The notes: a model not told the origin generated them from the letters alone. Shown: positions 30,567-41,503, numbered from the stretch's first letter. The stretch is DNA of 64,000 nt from Promethearchaeota archaeon (GCA_011364925.1 RDOA01000002.1:129044-193043), one strand, 5' to 3'. Numbers and translations are program-made.

Positions 30567-31745
30567 TTGGAGTGTAGAGAGCGAGTTTTAACTGCATTAA
30601 ATTTAGAAACACCAGATAGAGTTCCTTGTCACACGATTTTTATCGATGCTAACAATGTCGATATAATATTAGGAAAACCTCAAATTTCTGATTTTGACAC
30701 CGTCGAACAATTGCAAAAAGACAATCCAGAAGGGTGGAGAGACGATTTAAGTAACCTAATTGAGGCTGTTGAGACCTCAGTCTTTTCACGATGTGTCGAA
30801 GCTGCTATTGCTATTGGATTGGATACTATGCAAGTTGGATTTATCCCACTACAGGTTGTAGATATTCCTGGTGAAGAAAGACTATTAGCAAAAGATATCT
30901 TTGGTCGGGTCTGGGAGTTCAAGAATAACGAAGGGAATTTTAATCCTTATTATTTATATGGCACAATGAATAGCCCTGAGAAATGGGAAGAAACAAAAGA
31001 GCATATCCAAGGTCCTGCAACCGAGAAATATACAGCACTAGCCAAGAAATTTTTTCGAAGGATAAATAAAAAACATAAAGACAAAATTTTCGTCATTGTA
31101 ACAAATGATTTAGCCGGTGTATTTGAAAGCGCCTCCCAAGGTATGGGAATGGCGTATTTTTCCAAAATGCTTCATAAAAGTCCAAGATTTATTAAAGAAG
31201 TTCATGAAGTTATCGCAGAGTTTACTGTAGCATGTTACAATGCCTATATGGATGTGGGAGCTGAAGTTTTTGTCGAATCTGGAGATTTAGCATACCATAC
31301 AGGTCCTATGATGAGCCCGAAAAAGTTTAGAGAAGTATTGTTACCCGCTTATCAGATGATAACCGATGCAGTCCATGAGCGTGAAGGGAAAATTGTATTG
31401 CATACTGACGGTCAAGTAACCCCTTTACTTGATTTTGTAGTTGATTGCGGTTTCGACGGACTACATAGTTTAGAACCTACTGCTGGTGTAGATCTCGCTT
31501 TCATTAAGAAAAAAGTTGGAAGTAAACTCTGTCTTCTTGGAAACATTGACGTAGCTCACGATTTAGTTTATGGTACAAAGGAGGAAGTATATAATTCCGT
31601 GAAACATGCGATTAAAACTGCTGGTCCAGGTGGAGGTTATATAGTTAGCGCAGCTAATATGCACCCAGGCGTAAAAGCAGATAATCTTCGTTGGATGGTC
31701 GAAGCGACAAAGAAGTTTGGAAAATATCCAATTGCCTTGCAATAA
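30567..31745 (+). CDS. Uroporphyrinogen decarboxylase family protein (MtaA/CmuA-like)
   Basis: RERVLTAL..PDRVP, GDLA...MMSP, LHTDG, LLGNID, GGGYI. Confidence 0.82.
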   Translation: MECRERVLTALNLETPDRVPCHTIFIDANNVDIILGKPQISDFDTVEQLQKDNPEGWRDDLSNLIEAVETSVFSRCVEAAIAIGLDTMQVGFIPLQVVDIPGEERLLAKDIFGRVWEFKNNEGNFNPYYLYGTMNSPEKWEETKEHIQGPATEKYTALAKKFFRRINKKHKDKIFVIVTNDLAGVFESASQGMGMAYFSKMLHKSPRFIKEVHEVIAEFTVACYNAYMDVGAEVFVESGDLAYHTGPMMSPKKFREVLLPAYQMITDAVHEREGKIVLHTDGQVTPLLDFVVDCGFDGLHSLEPTAGVDLAFIKKKVGSKLCLLGNIDVAHDLVYGTKEEVYNSVKHAIKTAGPGGGYIVSAANMHPGVKADNLRWMVEATKKFGKYPIALQ

Positions 31746-31754
31746 TTTTTATTT

Positions 31755-32138
31755 TTATAAAGGGGGTGGCAGCATAGAGAAAAATGCGATCTCTTGAAAA
31801 AGAATAAACCAAACGATCATAAAGGCAACTACTAGAATTGTTGACACCATCCCATAGCGATAAATTCCTTTAGAGATACCCGAATCCTCGTTCTTCCTCT
31901 GAACTATTGCGCGAATTCCAGCTACAATATAAATTAGCGTGATAAGTAAAGCCACGATCCAGCAAAACAATATAAATAATAATAAAGTGTAAACTGGTTC
32001 ACCAGATATGTCTCTTAGCGTACCCAACCAAGCCCAATAATTAACTATTAAGTGGGTTGGGATTGAACCGTAAATAGCAGCTGTTAGAAAAAATACAAAC
32101 GACCATGCGAATCCTTTAGTAGACGACATCTTCCTCAA
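31755..32138 (-). CDS. Hypothetical membrane protein (3 TM)
   Basis: Three hydrophobic segments. Confidence 0.6.
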   Translation of the reverse strand: MRKMSSTKGFAWSFVFFLTAAIYGSIPTHLIVNYWAWLGTLRDISGEPVYTLLLFILFCWIVALLITLIYIVAGIRAIVQRKNEDSGISKGIYRYGMVSTILVVAFMIVWFILFQEIAFFSMLPPPL

Positions 32139-32243
32139 TACGGAATTGCTTATTTAATACAAATATATTTACAATAATTTATAAGATTTGTATGTGTCGA
32201 ATGTCAAAAAAAAAATAAGAAGACCAAAAAAAAAAAGATTTTT

Positions 32244-33956
32244 TTAATGAAGGAAAGAGGATAATAGTCCCAGAAAGCCTTGGTATGGTGCAAATGTACA
32301 TACTACCATTACAACTAGTATCGCAGAAATTAATGTACCCGCAATAATATTCCCCGTTTTCTTATATGTATAGACTGAAATTCCTGCAACAAGTAAATTA
32401 AGAGGTATCGCAATCGGCATCATTACTCCAAAATAGAAAAAGTTGCCCACAAATACCCCGATTAAAAAGAGATAAAATGCTATATAGGCTAAAAGAACCC
32501 CGAAGTGGATAAGAATTGCTTTTAATGTGCTGTTTTTTGTTCCTAGAATTTTAGAATAAATAACAAATTGGAAGAGAATACCAAAAACTAAGAACATAAG
32601 AAAGGTTATTACAAAATAGATTGCAACAACCCACGCTTTCGAAATAGATGGGATCATTCCTACATAATTTAATCCTAGTGAGGAATATAAAATCAGATAT
32701 AGTAGTGTAATTATTATAAAACCATATATAATTGATTTTCCGATGTTCAATTTTGAACTTTTGAAGGGGGTTTTTAGTATACTTAATAGAGATTTGTCAT
32801 TCTTTTTGCCTAGCCTCCAAAGTTGAATTAATATTCCAAACACTTGACCGAAAAGCAGACTGAGAACAAATCCAGTTATAGCCAATGGAATAGGAAGAAA
32901 TATCCAAATAATTATAAATACTCCTAATAATCCTAATGGAATTGAATATAATAATGATTCAATGGCTATTTTATTAGCAGACATCTCTCTGATTTCAACT
33001 TGTAATTTTTCTTCGGTTTCTCTACTATTAAATTTCATAAGTTTTGAAATGGGGTTAAGTAACATAATAAACAATCCTATTCCTCCAAACACTTGGATTA
33101 CTAAAATGAATAACCTAAGGTTTCCATAAAAATTCTCATCTGGAGTATTTGTGTCTGGAAATGTGTTTATTATCCAATCGCGTGCTTGTCTGGTAAAATC
33201 AACGTCCCATGCAACTGCTAAATGATTACTATTATCGTCTAAATATATTTTTGTCGCGTTTCCTGTCTCGAATGATCCATACATTTGATTAGAATCTATT
33301 AAAGAGGTACTTAATCCCGTTCTTTCTGCTACTGAAGCTTTTAAATGATCTAAATCTTGGACTTCATCAAAATTTGCTTTAATCATAAGTACATTCAAGG
33401 GATTGGTGGAAGTACCCCTACGAATATTACCTAAACTGGTCCCAACCCCAATAAACGCTTTAAAAGCAGTACTTTGGTTAACAATCATGTTCCCAGGACC
33501 TCCTCCCATACTATAGCCAATGTATGCAAGATTATTAGTATCGATGTCTGGGCGATCATTTAAATAATCAAGTATCGCTTCTACATCCTCAATTAGGTTT
33601 CCTCTTTCTAAACTCCCAGTACTCTGCCCATGTCCTCTAAAATCAAAAGGAATAGCTACAAAACCTGCAGCAGCTAATTCTACAGCATACCCCTTCATCA
33701 TTTCCTTATTTGCCATAAATCCATGTCCGATTATAACAGCTTTTTTATTTGATTCTTCGCTGGTTACTGGTTCAAAAACATTGAACGCAATTCTAATCCC
33801 ATCATCTGTTATAGTTGTAAGACCATATGTACTTTTCACCGAAAATGGTACAGTAAATATCAAGACTGTCCCAGTTATATAAATTGCCAGAAAACTGATG
33901 ATTAAAATTGATTGTTTTTTTGATAGATTTATTCTATTCATGAATATTATCTTCAT
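32244..33956 (-). CDS. Membrane-bound alpha/beta hydrolase
   Basis: HGF, DFRGHGQS, GYSMGG nucleophile elbow; multi-TM C-terminal half. Confidence 0.82.
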   Translation of the reverse strand: MKIIFMNRINLSKKQSILIISFLAIYITGTVLIFTVPFSVKSTYGLTTITDDGIRIAFNVFEPVTSEESNKKAVIIGHGFMANKEMMKGYAVELAAAGFVAIPFDFRGHGQSTGSLERGNLIEDVEAILDYLNDRPDIDTNNLAYIGYSMGGGPGNMIVNQSTAFKAFIGVGTSLGNIRRGTSTNPLNVLMIKANFDEVQDLDHLKASVAERTGLSTSLIDSNQMYGSFETGNATKIYLDDNSNHLAVAWDVDFTRQARDWIINTFPDTNTPDENFYGNLRLFILVIQVFGGIGLFIMLLNPISKLMKFNSRETEEKLQVEIREMSANKIAIESLLYSIPLGLLGVFIIIWIFLPIPLAITGFVLSLLFGQVFGILIQLWRLGKKNDKSLLSILKTPFKSSKLNIGKSIIYGFIIITLLYLILYSSLGLNYVGMIPSISKAWVVAIYFVITFLMFLVFGILFQFVIYSKILGTKNSTLKAILIHFGVLLAYIAFYLFLIGVFVGNFFYFGVMMPIAIPLNLLVAGISVYTYKKTGNIIAGTLISAILVVMVVCTFAPYQGFLGLLSSFLH

Positions 33957-34106
33957 TGTTAAAATATATAAAACTAACTTCTATAGCTTTTTTACTAATC
34001 TCAACCTTTTTTTATATTCAATTATTACAAGCTTTTTAACTTCTAAAAAATTTTGACATGTAACTAAAATCATTACTAATGGGAGTGACTTAAAATAAGC
34101 AATCAA

Positions 34107-34658
34107 TTGGCGAATCCCGCACCTCTCGGTCTTATGGGATTTGGTGTGACGACCGTTTTACTTAATCTCCATAATGCAGGTTTTTACCTATTAGGTCCAA
34201 TGATACTTAGTATGGGCATTTTTTATGGAGGTCTCGCACAAATTATCGCAGGGCTCATGGAATATAAAAAAGGGAACAGTTTTGGAACACTTGCTTTTAC
34301 ATCGTATGGTTTATTTTGGTTATCGCTTGTGTTCATAAATCTCCTCCCTAATACTAGTCTTTGGGCTCTACCATCTGAATCTTCAGAAATAGGGACGTAT
34401 CTTTTAATGTGGGGCATCTTCACCCTACTGATGTTTTTTGGAACTCTGAAACTCAATAGAGCTTTACAAGTCGTCTTTCTTACGTTAACCATATTATTCT
34501 TTTTATTGGCAATCGGTGATTTTACAGGTATAACAATAATTGGAATAGTAGCAGGTTATGAAGGAATTTTATGTGGTGCGAGTGCGATATATTTATCAAT
34601 CGCTGAGATCTTAAACGAGATCTATGGGAGAACAATTCTCCCAATCGGTAGCAAATAA
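34107..34658 (+). CDS. satP: Acetate uptake channel, GPR1/FUN34/YaaH (SatP) family
   Basis: [11 protein letters not shown] and AFTSYGLFW signatures. Confidence 0.88.
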   Translation: MANPAPLGLMGFGVTTVLLNLHNAGFYLLGPMILSMGIFYGGLAQIIAGLMEYKKGNSFGTLAFTSYGLFWLSLVFINLLPNTSLWALPSESSEIGTYLLMWGIFTLLMFFGTLKLNRALQVVFLTLTILFFLLAIGDFTGITIIGIVAGYEGILCGASAIYLSIAEILNEIYGRTILPIGSK

Positions 34659-34777
34659 TAAGAAATCTAATTTTTAACTTTTTTTTTCTGTTTTTCCTTA
34701 AAAGGATAAATATAGTTATTAACCAGTCTAACTTCAATCTTCATTCTTATTGTTCCTAATTGAATATTATAACTTTG

Positions 34778-35845
34778 CTATACTTTAGCTGAATTAACAA
34801 TAAATGCTTTCACTAACATTACAGTTTTTAAAATATCGTCAAGATTTAATAATGAAGTAGGAGAGTGTATATACCTACATGGTACTGAAACTACGGAGCT
34901 TGGCACGCCTTCGCGTGAGATATGAATCTTACCCGCATCTGTCCCGCCATATATAGGTTTTTTAAACTGGTATGGTATCTTATTAAGTTCAGCGTTTTTG
35001 ACAAGTCGTTCATTAACTTTTGGACTAGTAATAATTGATTTATCCGCAATAGTAATCGCTGGACCTCTTCCAATATAAACTGGAATTTCTGCTTCGTTTA
35101 TACCAGGAACATCGGCAGCTGTCGTATTTTCTATAGCAAGAGCTAAGGTTGGTTTCAAATTATATGCTCCTGTAATCGCACCCCTTCCGCCGATTTCTTC
35201 TTGGACAGCAAAATTAAACAAGACTGTATCATTAAACGAAGAAACTTCTTTTAACAATCTTAGCGTGTGAATTAGGACATTTACCCCTGTTCTGTCGTCA
35301 AAAGCTTTTCCTCTTATCATGTTATTTGGAAAATCAACGAACGGAGAAAAGAGCGTACCTACTACTCCTATACTAATATTATTATTTGAGACTTCTTCAA
35401 CAGAACTCATTCCAACATCAATATACATTTCGGGGATTTCAATTAATTTTTGGCGTTCCTCTATTGTAGTAAGATGTGGTGGTTTTGAACCTATTATTCC
35501 ATGATATATTTTTCCTGTTTTAGAACGAATCACTACAGCTTGACCTGGTAAAATTCTTGTGTCCCACCCTCCAACTGGAACAAATCGTAAGAATCCATTA
35601 TTTTCAATATGAGAAATCATAAACCCAATTTCGTCAGTATGTGCATCTAACAGAATTCTGTCTTTTTCGTTAGACCCCTTTTTTATCGCAAGCACATTTC
35701 CTAGAGAATCAATCCAAGCTTTGTCAGCTAAGGCTTCTTTCTCTATAATTTCCATAATTAAACTGCTAACGTCTCCCTCATAACCAGACACTCCTATCAA
35801 ATTCGACAACTCTTCTTGTAGAGACCTAATACTTTTTAAATCCAT
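34778..35845 (-). CDS. M42 family metallopeptidase (TET-like aminopeptidase)
   Basis: AHTDEIG, KAFDDR, VQEEIG, GGTDAG, RYIHSP. Confidence 0.92.
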   Translation of the reverse strand: MDLKSIRSLQEELSNLIGVSGYEGDVSSLIMEIIEKEALADKAWIDSLGNVLAIKKGSNEKDRILLDAHTDEIGFMISHIENNGFLRFVPVGGWDTRILPGQAVVIRSKTGKIYHGIIGSKPPHLTTIEERQKLIEIPEMYIDVGMSSVEEVSNNNISIGVVGTLFSPFVDFPNNMIRGKAFDDRTGVNVLIHTLRLLKEVSSFNDTVLFNFAVQEEIGGRGAITGAYNLKPTLALAIENTTAADVPGINEAEIPVYIGRGPAITIADKSIITSPKVNERLVKNAELNKIPYQFKKPIYGGTDAGKIHISREGVPSSVVSVPCRYIHSPTSLLNLDDILKTVMLVKAFIVNSAKV

Positions 35846-35987
35846 GGTTATACCAATACTCCATTTCGTAAAATATTATTAAGTAATAGGGTGAGATATT
35901 GAAAATAAAATTATTGAATTTAAATTATCAATCTAACTACTAAAAAGGAATTGGAAAATAATATTTATTTGTAGTATAAAATAATCC

Positions 35988-37685
35988 TTATCTCTGACGC
36001 TTTTTTAATTCGTTAATAGCTTTTTCTGCTAATAAAATGGCATCAGTGTACTTGGATTTATAGTTTTGGACCTGAGCATCTAATTCTATCGATTTGTTTT
36101 GAAGTTCGAGTATTAATTCGCTATTACCTTCACCTAAAGATAACGCAGATTCGGGATTTTCCATATTTTCTTTGAGATAATTATACTTTTCCTTCCATAC
36201 TTTTAATTCCGTTTGTAGGTCCTCTATCGCATCGTCACCAGTTATTTGTTCTACTGATAAGGGACCTTCTCCACCTTCTTCTACATCTACAATTCGTGCT
36301 TTAAGCATATCAATTTGCTCCTCCAATTCTTTAATTCTAACTTTTAAGGAAGCAATTTCGTCTAAATATTCCGCAGATGTTTTTGGAGCAGTAATTTCTT
36401 CAAATATGGTTTTACCCGTTTCTAATTCATTTGCAGTTTTTGCTCCCAAGATTTTTTGTTTACGCTTTTGTAATTCCTCTACAGTATTTTTTGATAAGTA
36501 ATCGAGTGGATTAAACCCAACTCCACCATGAGCAGTTGTTCTTTTCCGAATTTTTACGAATAAAGGTATACCTGCAATAGCTTCACCGCATAAGATCGAT
36601 TGACCTTTATCTAATCCTTGGATATCGGTTTTATTACTACGAGTTAAGTCTTCTGCACTGGAAATAGTTACATCAATATCTCGAACATCAGTTAAATTAT
36701 GCACGATCCAGCTACCTGCTTGTGCTCGAATCGTGGTGTCTAATAATTGAGGGCGCTGCGTACCAATTATTAAATTCGCACCAAACTTTCTTCCTTCTTG
36801 TGAGAATAATCTTACAGTATCACACGTTTCTGTTTGCTTTTTTCCAGCAAATAAATGAGCTTCATCAAGTAATAAATAAAACGGAGGTATTCTTCTAGCA
36901 GTACTAGCTTGATATAATTTTTTTAAAAGCTTTCCAGCTATCATTTCCTGAACGGCTAAATCCATCCCTCTCATATTTACAATTGAGCATAAATTAGGTG
37001 CAACAATATCCGTAGCATCCAGTGAAAATAAGTATTCCACATCGATGTCGCCACCTTTATTAACACTTAAATCTGAGTACTCTATTATACTATTCACAAA
37101 TTCGCTTTCTTCTTTAACCCCTTCAGCTGATTCACTTTCTCCTGCCTTTACTTTTAAACTCCCATACTCTCCATGTCTGTCTAGGATTACGAGCGGAATC
37201 CCCTTCTTCATAAATTCTTCACAAAGCACACCCATCGTGTAGCTCTTCCCAGATCCAGACTTTCCAGTAATAAAAATTCTCCCAAAATTCTTAACTAGTA
37301 AATTTACATCGAAATTATAACCCATTAATTTTCCAATAGAAATTGATTCTTCAGGTGGATTGTATATCCCTAGCAATCTTGTTATCTGTTCTTCGCTTGC
37401 ACGATAAACTTCTGCCCCTATTTCAAACGGTCGTTTTGGTCTATCTCCACAAACTTTTAAGTCTGCAAGCATTCCCTTCGCTTCGCTCCACATCGACTTT
37501 ATATTTAACATATAATGAATTCTATTCCCTTCTTTGTCTTTTTCTCCATAAATAACAAAATAAGAGTTCCTTTCTATTGAAGGGTCAGAAAATTGAACTT
37601 GAACTGTATGTGTAGTTGTTTTACCGATTAAATTACCAACTTTGTCCTTTTTAATTTGCTTATCGAAATTATCTTCATCTGACAT
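35988..37685 (-). CDS. HerA/FtsK-like (DUF87) ATPase with C-terminal coiled coil
   Basis: ITGKSGSGKS, ILDRHGEY, LLDEAH, EGRKFG, GTQRP; heptad-rich tail. Confidence 0.82.
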   Translation of the reverse strand: MSDEDNFDKQIKKDKVGNLIGKTTTHTVQVQFSDPSIERNSYFVIYGEKDKEGNRIHYMLNIKSMWSEAKGMLADLKVCGDRPKRPFEIGAEVYRASEEQITRLLGIYNPPEESISIGKLMGYNFDVNLLVKNFGRIFITGKSGSGKSYTMGVLCEEFMKKGIPLVILDRHGEYGSLKVKAGESESAEGVKEESEFVNSIIEYSDLSVNKGGDIDVEYLFSLDATDIVAPNLCSIVNMRGMDLAVQEMIAGKLLKKLYQASTARRIPPFYLLLDEAHLFAGKKQTETCDTVRLFSQEGRKFGANLIIGTQRPQLLDTTIRAQAGSWIVHNLTDVRDIDVTISSAEDLTRSNKTDIQGLDKGQSILCGEAIAGIPLFVKIRKRTTAHGGVGFNPLDYLSKNTVEELQKRKQKILGAKTANELETGKTIFEEITAPKTSAEYLDEIASLKVRIKELEEQIDMLKARIVDVEEGGEGPLSVEQITGDDAIEDLQTELKVWKEKYNYLKENMENPESALSLGEGNSELILELQNKSIELDAQVQNYKSKYTDAILLAEKAINELKKRQR

Positions 37686-37811
37686 TTTTACTCACATCTA
37701 TTTCGATTCTTTTTTAGTATTATATGTAAATCCTCATATATTAATACTATTAAACTATGTATTTCAATTAAATTAGCATATATAAATATTCATAAATCCA
37801 ATAATTGTTTG

Positions 37812-38738
37812 TTATACTTTTCGATATAAAATACTTTTTTTTACCATGCGAATTGGTTTATACGATTCTTTTGCCCTGCGTAATCCTTCCACGCCTAAGT
37901 CTTGTTCCCTATTAACAAATGTTACATCACTATACACATTTTTCAAAAATAGATTTCCTATCGCTTGGTATCCCCCTTCGTACTGCACATGTGCTTTTTC
38001 AACATGAATTACAAGAGTATCTGAATTTAACATCTCTCCAAAAGTATATCCTGCACATTTATTGTCAACGCATATTAATGCTCCTTTAAAACCTAATTCA
38101 GAAAAATTGTCCAAAGCTTCATAGATAGCTTCTTGTTCCTGCTCTAATCCTTGATCTTCTTCACATTGACGCATTACACACCATTCTAGCTGCAATTTCT
38201 TGCATTTATTGATTAAATCTTCAGTAAGAATCTCAAATTCATAATTATAGGTCTGTAGAAATTTATTTAACCACCTTCGATTTTGACGATAGCGGTTTCC
38301 TGGTAATGTTTTTAAGGTCTCAGCTTCATATACATAATCCCAATTATCTCGATCATCAACAATTTCAAAGTTCATAACAACAAATCTTTCATCTTTAATG
38401 ATAGAGTTTACTAAATCTTCTGGTACTCGATTAAATTCTGCTTTTTCATAAAGTTCTGCGATATTGAAAATTATTTCTCCGGGATTTGGACCAATTGGAG
38501 GAAAAAAATAAACTGCCTCATCTTGTCCGGATAAGGGAGCCCGACTCTTCTTAAAATATTCTTTTGAAAAAAGGATTAGATGGTTCTTCCACTCGATGTA
38601 TGACCACTCGTAAAACTTCCTCCACATAAAAAGATTCGTGAATGTAAATTCGGAATTCTGAGGAGGATATTTTTGAAAGAATGAATCAAAAATTGGTTTA
38701 TCTTTAAGGCTAATCTTCTTAGCTTTGGCTAATTCCAT
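37812..38738 (-). CDS. DUF2156 / phosphatidylglycerol lysyltransferase C-terminal-like protein
   Basis: SEFTFTNLFMW, DRDNWDYVY, VIHVEKA, VNREQDLGVEGLRRAKESYKP. Confidence 0.85.
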   Translation of the reverse strand: MELAKAKKISLKDKPIFDSFFQKYPPQNSEFTFTNLFMWRKFYEWSYIEWKNHLILFSKEYFKKSRAPLSGQDEAVYFFPPIGPNPGEIIFNIAELYEKAEFNRVPEDLVNSIIKDERFVVMNFEIVDDRDNWDYVYEAETLKTLPGNRYRQNRRWLNKFLQTYNYEFEILTEDLINKCKKLQLEWCVMRQCEEDQGLEQEQEAIYEALDNFSELGFKGALICVDNKCAGYTFGEMLNSDTLVIHVEKAHVQYEGGYQAIGNLFLKNVYSDVTFVNREQDLGVEGLRRAKESYKPIRMVKKSILYRKV

Positions 38739-38818
38739 GAATTAATAAAAATTTTAGAAGACATAAATTTATTACTTTTTTAAATTATAGAGCAAACCAT
38801 TTATATATTTCTGGTAAC

Positions 38819-39010
38819 AGCTTTCCAGTAATCGTTCAAAATATAGCTAAATTCATCCCAATGTATTATGGTAACCATATATTTGAAGGAATCATGTTAA
38901 AAGGTTGGAGTATTATACAATTATGGCCAGATATACTTATAATTTCCATAATGACGTTGACATTCTTTATGTTAGCTATGCTTACGGTAAAAGATAAAAT
39001 AAAAGCATAA
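38819..39010 (+). pseudogene. 3' remnant of an ABC-2 type transporter permease
   Basis: Manual translation SFPVIVQNIAKFIPMYYGNHIFEGIMLKGWSIIQLWPDILIISIMTLTFFMLAMLTVKDKIKA*; no room for the 5' part. Confidence 0.6.
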
Positions 39011-39043
39011 TACTGATTAAAATCTTAAAATTATAATTCACTA

Positions 39044-39202
39044 CTAACTTTTTGGAGTATCATCATCTACATCATCAAATTCATCTAACTCTTCTTGGTC
39101 ATGAAAATAACAGCACCCGTTTGAAAAAATATAATCATCCTTCTCAGCAATTTCCTGAGGTTCCTCTCCTTTCATAATTAAAATCTTTTTCCATCGTTTC
39201 AT
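39044..39202 (-). CDS. 52-aa small acidic protein (below ORF-track cutoff)
   Basis: AGGTGA SD-like motif 6 nt before ATG; MKRWKKILIMKGEEPQEIAEKDDYIFSNGCCYFHDQEELDEFDDVDDDTPKS, then TAG TAG. Confidence 0.6.
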   Translation of the reverse strand: MKRWKKILIMKGEEPQEIAEKDDYIFSNGCCYFHDQEELDEFDDVDDDTPKS

Positions 39203-39352
39203 ACTTAATCACCTAATAAAATTTGCAAAGTTACCTTTTTAAAGGTTAGGCTTCAGTTTTATTAAGATTTTAACTGTTAAACCCTCTCTAATATATGATA
39301 AAAAAGTCCAAAAACCTCATATTTAACTAAAATTATTCACAGAAAAAAGAAA

Positions 39353-39808
39353 TTATATGAATTTCTCCAAGTTAATTTTATTATTTTTCAACTTATTCAA
39401 TGTATCTTCTAAAATTTTGATTACTCGCTCTTTGTAACCCTCCTGTTCTGGATACTGATAACTAAAACTCCTCCAATTTGGTCGTTTATGACCAATTTTA
39501 AATTTTAATCCCTTCATATTAGTTATATATGAATTGGAATCGAGTTTCGAAGCAATTTGATCTGCTATGATATACCAATGATATTTTGTGTTTAGTTTTG
39601 CTCCAGTATTAATTGGTGCTGAATGAAATCGAGTTTTTATACTATGAAAATTGAAAGTCCATTGATCTGGAGCAATTTTTGTTTCAAACCATCTCCCCTC
39701 ATTGTAGTGCCACTTATGTGATCCTCCAATTTTCATCCCTGTATAAAATTTTCCGTTATGTTCTTTTAATTCATCATAAAAATTATGCTTTAATTCATCC
39801 ATTTCCAA
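39353..39808 (-). CDS. Hypothetical protein, aromatic/basic rich
   Basis: 151-aa ORF with YTGMKIGGSHKWHY; function not recognised. Confidence 0.65.
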   Translation of the reverse strand: MEMDELKHNFYDELKEHNGKFYTGMKIGGSHKWHYNEGRWFETKIAPDQWTFNFHSIKTRFHSAPINTGAKLNTKYHWYIIADQIASKLDSNSYITNMKGLKFKIGHKRPNWRSFSYQYPEQEGYKERVIKILEDTLNKLKNNKINLEKFI

Positions 39809-40291
39809 TTAAACTCAACCCTTAACCCTTCAGATGTTCAAATTTAAAAATTCGTAGCGATTTAAATAACTTTAAAGTCTTCTGATTTTCTATAAAAGAA
39901 TAATTATAAAACATGACTCACTGAAAGTGTCTCATACTCTTTTTATATGGACGGAGCTGAGGATATAAAAACCTTATAAAAAATCCTAAGAGAATTAACA
40001 AAATTTTTTCAATGATTATGTGTTTTATTATAAAATAGTTTCTTAATTTCTTAGGAATTATAAAAGTAAACATTTATAAATGAGATTACTTTTATGTTTT
40101 TTCAGAAAGATTAAAAAATAAAATCGTTATAAATATAACACTAATGAATACAAAGAATTGTTTGGGATATTTGCTTAACGATATTAGCTTTAGTTTCAAT
40201 TTCTTTACTTTTCCAACTTTTTGTCAAAATTTAATTACAAACCTTTTTAAAAATTTTACTCCAGCAAAATGAAGATTCAATTCAAACTAAG

Positions 40292-41503
40292 ATGTACTCA
40301 GCAGATGTAGAACGAAGAAGGAAAGAAGAGGATAACGAATACGGAAAATCCGATCCATATATTAGTCATCTAGAAAATCGCATTAAAGAGGTTCAGGATC
40401 AAATATTATCTTTGAAATCTCAGAACTCTGAGAGAATCGCTGAATTAAATTCACTTCAAAGAGAGTTAGAATCTTTCAGAGAAGATTCGGCAATTACAGG
40501 TGAAATCGAAGACTTCCTTGACGATTTTGACAGACGAGTTATAGTTCGATCCTCTTCTGGTGGGAGTTATGTGGTCAACTCTAGTAATAAGTTGATAAAG
40601 GAAAAGCTCTACCTTGGTCAACAAGTTGCACTTAATCAAAGGAATTTTAATGTTGTAGAAATATTGCCTCAAGCCATCGAACCATTCATAAAAAATATGG
40701 AATTAGAAAATAGAGATACAGGAATTTCATACAGCGATATTGGAGGTTTAGAAAGTCAAATTCAAGAAGTTAGGGAATCTGTTGAATTACCGTTACTCAA
40801 GCCAGAAGTTTTTGTGAGAATTGGCATAGAAGCTCCTAAAGGTGTTTTATTTCATGGACCTCCCGGAACAGGGAAAACTCTATTAGCAAGAGCAGTCGCT
40901 AATGAAACAAAAGCGGTATTTATTAGGGTAGTTGCTACTGAGCTCGTTCAAAAATTTATAGGAGAAGGAGCTCGAGCTGTAAGAGAGATTTTTGATTTAG
41001 CAAATGCTAAAAGTCCTAGTATTATATTCATAGATGAAATTGATGCTATAGGGGCTACTCGAATGGATGATGCTACATCTGGGGATCGTGAGGTAAATCG
41101 AACATTAATGCAATTACTAAGTGAACTAGATGGTTTTGATCGACGTGGTAACGTAAAATTCATAGCTGCTACAAATAGAGTTGACATACTTGATCCTGCT
41201 TTATTAAGAGCGGGAAGATTTGATAGATCTATTGAATTTCCGTTACCCAATAAAACTGCAAGAAAACAAATTTTTAAAATTCATATGAGAAATATTAACG
41301 CAGAAAATGTCGATGTTAACGCATTAGTAGAATTAACAGAAGGCAAAAATGGAGCTGAAATAAAGGCAATCTGTACCGAAGCGGGTATGTTCGCCATACG
41401 TAGAGATTCAGAAATAGTATCACATGAAGATTTTATGAAAGCCTTGTTCAAATTAAATTATAAAGACCAAGATAGGATTAATACACCCGATATTTTTATG
41501 TGA
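40292..41503 (+). CDS. pan: Proteasome-activating nucleotidase (AAA+ ATPase)
   Basis: N-terminal coiled coil and OB fold, YSDIGGL, GPPGTGKT, KFIGEG, FIDEID, DPALLRAGRFDR. Confidence 0.9.
   Translation: MYSADVERRRKEEDNEYGKSDPYISHLENRIKEVQDQILSLKSQNSERIAELNSLQRELESFREDSAITGEIEDFLDDFDRRVIVRSSSGGSYVVNSSNKLIKEKLYLGQQVALNQRNFNVVEILPQAIEPFIKNMELENRDTGISYSDIGGLESQIQEVRESVELPLLKPEVFVRIGIEAPKGVLFHGPPGTGKTLLARAVANETKAVFIRVVATELVQKFIGEGARAVREIFDLANAKSPSIIFIDEIDAIGATRMDDATSGDREVNRTLMQLLSELDGFDRRGNVKFIAATNRVDILDPALLRAGRFDRSIEFPLPNKTARKQIFKIHMRNINAENVDVNALVELTEGKNGAEIKAICTEAGMFAIRRDSEIVSHEDFMKALFKLNYKDQDRINTPDIFM

Noticed and set aside
39900-39965. Slightly GC-richer intergenic patch with AUGA and CUGA words, possible C/D-box sRNA
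   Set aside because: No proper RUGAUGA C box or convincing terminal stem; insufficient evidence.
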